This document shows positions 59,772 through 64,000 of a DNA stretch of 64,000 bases, piece by piece. The notes below the pieces were generated by a model. The model was not told where the DNA came from, ran no database searches, and saw nothing but the letters and a program-made list of their open reading frames with translations. The stretch is from Balamuthia mandrillaris (lineage: Eukaryota): the NCBI GenBank assembly GCA_031835245.2, contig JAVKOQ020000068.1:62001-126000 (forward strand), read 5' to 3'. Position numbers and translations under genes: made by a program. The first letter of the stretch is position 1. Each line of letters opens with the position of its first letter.

Positions 59772-60031
59772 GGCGATTGTTGGTTGTGTGTGCGTGTGGG
59801 AGGGGCTTGCTGTGTGTGACGGCACAATTTTTTTCCTGCTTTGGGATTTTTGTCGACAATCATCCGTTGCTCCTCAAGCAAATTTTTGTAGACATGTCTG
59901 CGCAAAATATAGTGAAATACCCCTCAGCCATAATTTTTGCAGACATGAAACGTCGACAATAATGAGGTTCGTCGACAAAAAGGATAAAACAAAAAAAAAA
60001 GGCAAACCGAAGAGCTGTGGCTTCCGGCAAG

Positions 60032-62105
60032 ATGAAGAAGACAAGGGAAGGCGGGTCCTCGACTGTCTCGAAGGAAGGCCATCCGGAAGGACCTCCTCCC
60101 CCGCCACCGCCCTCTCCGCACGATAACTTAAAGTTTAGGGTGGAAAATTTGCTGGATCAAGAGGACGGACAATTGCGAGAGGAGCTTCACTCTCTTCGTC
60201 GTTCCTTTGCTACATCGTCTGCTCCTTCTTCAACTTCTGATTCTTCTTCTTCTTCTTCTGCAACTAGTACTTCTACTTTGGACTTTTCAGTACTTGATCC
60301 CGAACATGGATTTGCTGACTTGCCTTCGCTGGAGAAGCTCTGCCATGACTCTGTTTTTGGCCGTTCGTCCTCCCGTGAAGGACGTTCCTCCTCCTCTTCC
60401 AGAGAAACAGGCAGAACAGAGCGAAAGCATCGCTTTTTCAGGGTAAGTTACCTTTTAACATCTCTTTCCAGCGTCTGGCACACGCACACGCTTCATTCTC
60501 TCATCCTCTCTTCTCTATGTCAAGGCTCTGCGGAGGGACATGGTAGTGAAAGGAATCGTGGAGAGCATAAGGGAATTTGGTTTGCTGGTAACGGTGCAGG
60601 AGGTCTTTCACCTAGAAGACCGCAGAGGCCCTGTTCTTATTCCTCCCACGGAAGCGGATCTTCTTGCCATTGATGACATTCACATTACGGTTCTCTTTGC
60701 TGTTTTCTCTTTGTTTGTTGCCTCTTCCTTTTCTTGTTCTCCTTTTTTCGTTTGACCTGTTCTCTCTCTCTCTCTCTCCCCCTCTCTCTCCTATCATTGC
60801 TTTAACGCATGACGGTTCGTCAGGCGCTCTGTCACATCACTGAGCTGAGCGACGACCGTGCGACTGAACCAAAGGATGAGCGAGACCTTCGGAGATGGTA
60901 CACTGTTGGCAGCCCTATTCAAGGTTTGGTCAGCAATCAAATAAACACACTAACAACACACAACACAGACACAACAAGCAAAGCTTCTGCTCACTTCTGA
61001 CTTTTCTCTATGTGGTGTAGCGCTGGTCGTCAGCTGTGATCCATCCACAGAACGAGTGAAACTGTCAACCAAATTGTCTAGGTGCCCCACATTTGTCACT
61101 GATGCTTCTTTCCTGGTAATGCATTATTTTCTCTTTTCTATTTCTTCCTTCTTCTTGCTTCCTGCTTCTTTCTTTATTCTTCTTTCTACTTTTCGTTCTG
61201 ATAGTTCATTTACTTTCTTCGGTTTCTGTGAAAGTGTAGGGTCCATGTAAGTCTTCAGCAAAACGGAGAGCAGACAGACGAGATATGAGCCCTCCTCTAC
61301 AGGAACCCGCCATCTCCACTTTTTCGTACAACAAAGCTCTTTGCAAAGACGTTTCCTTTTGGAACCCCTGTAGCCTGAACGCTATGGCAGAAGCGTTTGG
61401 TATCTGGCAATTGGGCTCTCTTGTCGATAATCCTGAGTTCGTTGTCTTCATTTCCTTTTGTTCAAAACCATTTGTTTCATCTTGCTTCATTTTTCTCTTT
61501 TAACCTCTTTCATTCTACTGTTCGCTTTTTTTTTGTATCCTATTTCTCTTTGGTTGCATTGTTTATGGTGATAGGTTTCCGGAAGATGCTTATTACGAAA
61601 AGATACGAGCTTGGCAAAACTATGAATGGGCAAAAGAAACGTACCATTTTCTCTACTCTCATTCCTTTGTTCTAGTTTTCATTTCCTCTCATGCACTTGT
61701 TTTTACAAACGTTAGCACGAATCTAATATCGTATTGTTTTTATTAGTGTATCGCAGGGACTTGTACATGCGAAGAAAGGAGACTACACAACAGCAATGCG
61801 CTTCTACAACCAGGCATTGGAGGTGGATCCCAAGCACAGAGATGCGTTTGTGGCAAGAGGCGCTGTCTATGTGAATCAACGTAATTACGAGGCAGCGGTG
61901 AAGGAGTTTGAGACGGCAGTGCAAATTGGTCCACCAGACAAGAACACCCTCAAGTACCTTGCGGCTGCGAAACAAAAGGTGCATAGCTCTATTCACTTTT
62001 TTGTTTCTGGTCCCTTCTCTCTTTTTTCCTTGCCTTGTTCTCTTGTCTCTTTTTTCTATTCTTCTTGCTTATCACTTAAGTTCTCTTAACTTATGTTATC
62101 CCTTT

Positions 62106-62152
<47 letters not shown>

Positions 62153-62603
62153 GTTGGAAGAACTCAAAACAAAGGAAGAGGCAACACGAGAGCGGGAAGC
62201 CAGCGAACAGGAAGCTTTGGACAAAGAACGAGTCAACGCCAAGTTGCGGTATCTTTTGGAAAAGGAAGAGCGCAAACGGAAGAAGCGCAAACGGAAACGG
62301 AAGGAAAAGGAGCGAGAGAAACAAGAACGCAGTCGCTCAAGAGACAAGAAGCGACGCGTAACCGACTCAAAACACGGCTCTCGCAAGAAATCATCTTCTT
62401 CCAGCAACAAAGGTCGCAAGAAACACAAAAGCACAAAGCGGTCATCTTCTTCATCCTCTTCTTCTCATTCTGCTTCTGGTTCTTCCCCTTCTTCGGGCCA
62501 TGGAACGGGAACCGCCACACCCTCTCTTTCTGCTTCTCCATCTCCCTCTCGCTCTCCTTCCCCTTCAACTGCTCGCAAAAAACGCGACAGAAGCAACGAC
62601 TAG
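60032..62603 (+). CDS. TTC14-like protein (S1-like domain + TPR + basic/Ser-rich tail), multi-exon
   Basis: VVKGIVESIREFGLLV...ALCHITEL...VKLSTK S1-like; FWNPCSLNAMAEAFGI; TPR YNQALEVDPKHRDAFVARGAVY; K/R/S-rich tail. Confidence 0.78.
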
Positions 62604-63441
62604 GCGGAAGCAAAAAAAAAAATGGACACCAAGCTTTTTTCTTTCCGGTATGAACGCGTGCACACAGAAATTGAAAGCGGGCAAACAACCAAGATATTTC
62701 CTGCTTCTGCATCTACCAAGCAACGCTTTGTTTGCTCGGGCTTTCCGCTCCCATTCATTACTTGCTCGCTGCACATAATTGTTTTTTGAGTAGTTTGGAC
62801 TTTAAAAGGAAATCAAATGTTAAAAGGAAATCAAATGATTATAACTCATGATCTTTGCAAAAAAGGGACAAAATTCAGATCAAAGATCATCGTGAGTTAT
62901 AATCATTTCCATTAAAGGGAATTTTCTTAAATTTTACACGAGTTTTCGTATCATTCCGGGATTTTCCGGCACTTCCATTTCCCCAAATAGGAAAAATAAG
63001 GAAAGCAAGCAGAAAAGTAGCGGGGTGGTTGCACCGGAGCACTGTAGGAAAAAAGAGAAAAGCGAGAGCGTGGGAGAGTGTGTGGGAGGCGGGATAAAGC
63101 AAAAGCGGTCTTGGTGGTGCGCGCACCACCGCTTTGTTGTATGCTGCATACGCCAACAGCGGTTTGGGGGTCAACAAACAACCACAACAGCACTTTGCAG
63201 CACCAACCATCTGAGATTTTCTAGCCCCTTCCGCGTTGAAGAAAAACCGCAATCCCAACCTTCTTTTTGGGTTTTTTAAAAAAAAATAACTTTTAATAAG
63301 TTCTCACCGTCCGTTGCTTCGTTTATACTATTTTATTTATTTTTTTCCAAAGTCAAAGAGAGCAGGAGAGAGAACATCGCGTTGGTGCTGGCAAAAAAAT
63401 ATATTTAGGGGAGAGAGATCAGAGAAACACAAAGCAAGCAA

Positions 63442-64000
63442 ATGTGGCCTCAAAAGAACGAGCAAGCAAGAGAAGGCGGCTCGGATGGTGGCAGCAGAAA
63501 CCCTCCTTACGTCTCGCTCCCTTCGCTCTCTTACCTGCCTTTCGATGAGTCTGCTTGGGAGCGAGGCCCTCCACCTCCCGCTCCACTGCATCCCCAGTCA
63601 CGACCTCATCAACTTCCCGCCGCTGCGTCTGCTTCTCCGTCTCCATCTCCATCACCTCATATGGAGCGACTGCCACCCATCTCATCTCTCACGAGTATGG
63701 AGCCCTCTTCATCCTGTTATTTGATGGACCCTTACTACGCAGCGTCTCCTTACCTCCCCACACCTCCTTTTTACGTGGTGCAGTCATCCCCGCCCTCCTA
63801 CACCTACTCCACATATCAACCCGCCCTCTCCTCCTATCCCATGACATCAGACCATCCCTATCCCCCCTCAGGCATGCTAGGTTTTGCCTCTGCCTCGGCT
63901 TCTTCTCCTTCTTCTTCATCCTCCTCCTCCTTCGCTTTACTACCCCCACACTATTCCACACTTCCTGGCATTCCAACGGCAACCTATCCTATTCCCACGT
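63442..64000 (+). CDS. Pro/Ser/Tyr-rich N-terminus of an unknown protein, runs off right edge
   Basis: Open frame from ATG 63442 (MWPQKNEQAREGG...MERLPPISSL...) with no stop before 64000; absent from the ORF track because it is unterminated. Confidence 0.65.
   Translation, partial: MWPQKNEQAREGGSDGGSRNPPYVSLPSLSYLPFDESAWERGPPPPAPLHPQSRPHQLPAAASASPSPSPSPHMERLPPISSLTSMEPSSSCYLMDPYYAASPYLPTPPFYVVQSSPPSYTYSTYQPALSSYPMTSDHPYPPSGMLGFASASASSPSSSSSSSFALLPPHYSTLPGIPTATYPIPT

Overview
Gene-dense eukaryotic window with short introns full of (CT/AG)n and (CTT/GAA)n microsatellites. Gene content (CP224/XMAP215, a Sib/integrin-beta-like receptor, intronless GCPW-type ankyrin genes) suggests a free-living amoebozoan of the Balamuthia/Acanthamoeba type; this is inference, not proven. 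About 27 protein-coding loci can be read: XMAP215-family TOG protein, LRR protein, NIPSNAP, p24, RNF4-like STUbL, SET methyltransferase, cytochrome P450 reductase, ataxin-10, an HCxxGKDRTG phosphatase, an F-box/ankyrin protein, RING E3s, VIT-vWA, an M28 peptidase, an EF-hand protein, RPC4, two GSTs, two mitoribosomal proteins, two head-to-head Trk/HKT transporters, CCT4 and a TTC14-like protein, plus one tRNA-Asp(GTC). The most striking signal is outside the ORF track: a ~410-nt structured RNA gene at 13386-~13800 (minus strand) carrying the m1/m2/ACA signature of the snR30/U17 rRNA-processing snoRNA, apparently driven by its own USE+TATA (type-3, Pol III-like) promoter. Other highlights: an intronless LRR gene with hypervariable concave-face residues and a BC-box-like tail, an integrin-beta/Sib-like receptor with a silk-like CxCxC stalk, and several apparent single-base frameshifts (sequencing error or pseudogenisation). 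Exon boundaries were read by eye; all family calls come from motif recognition, not database searches.
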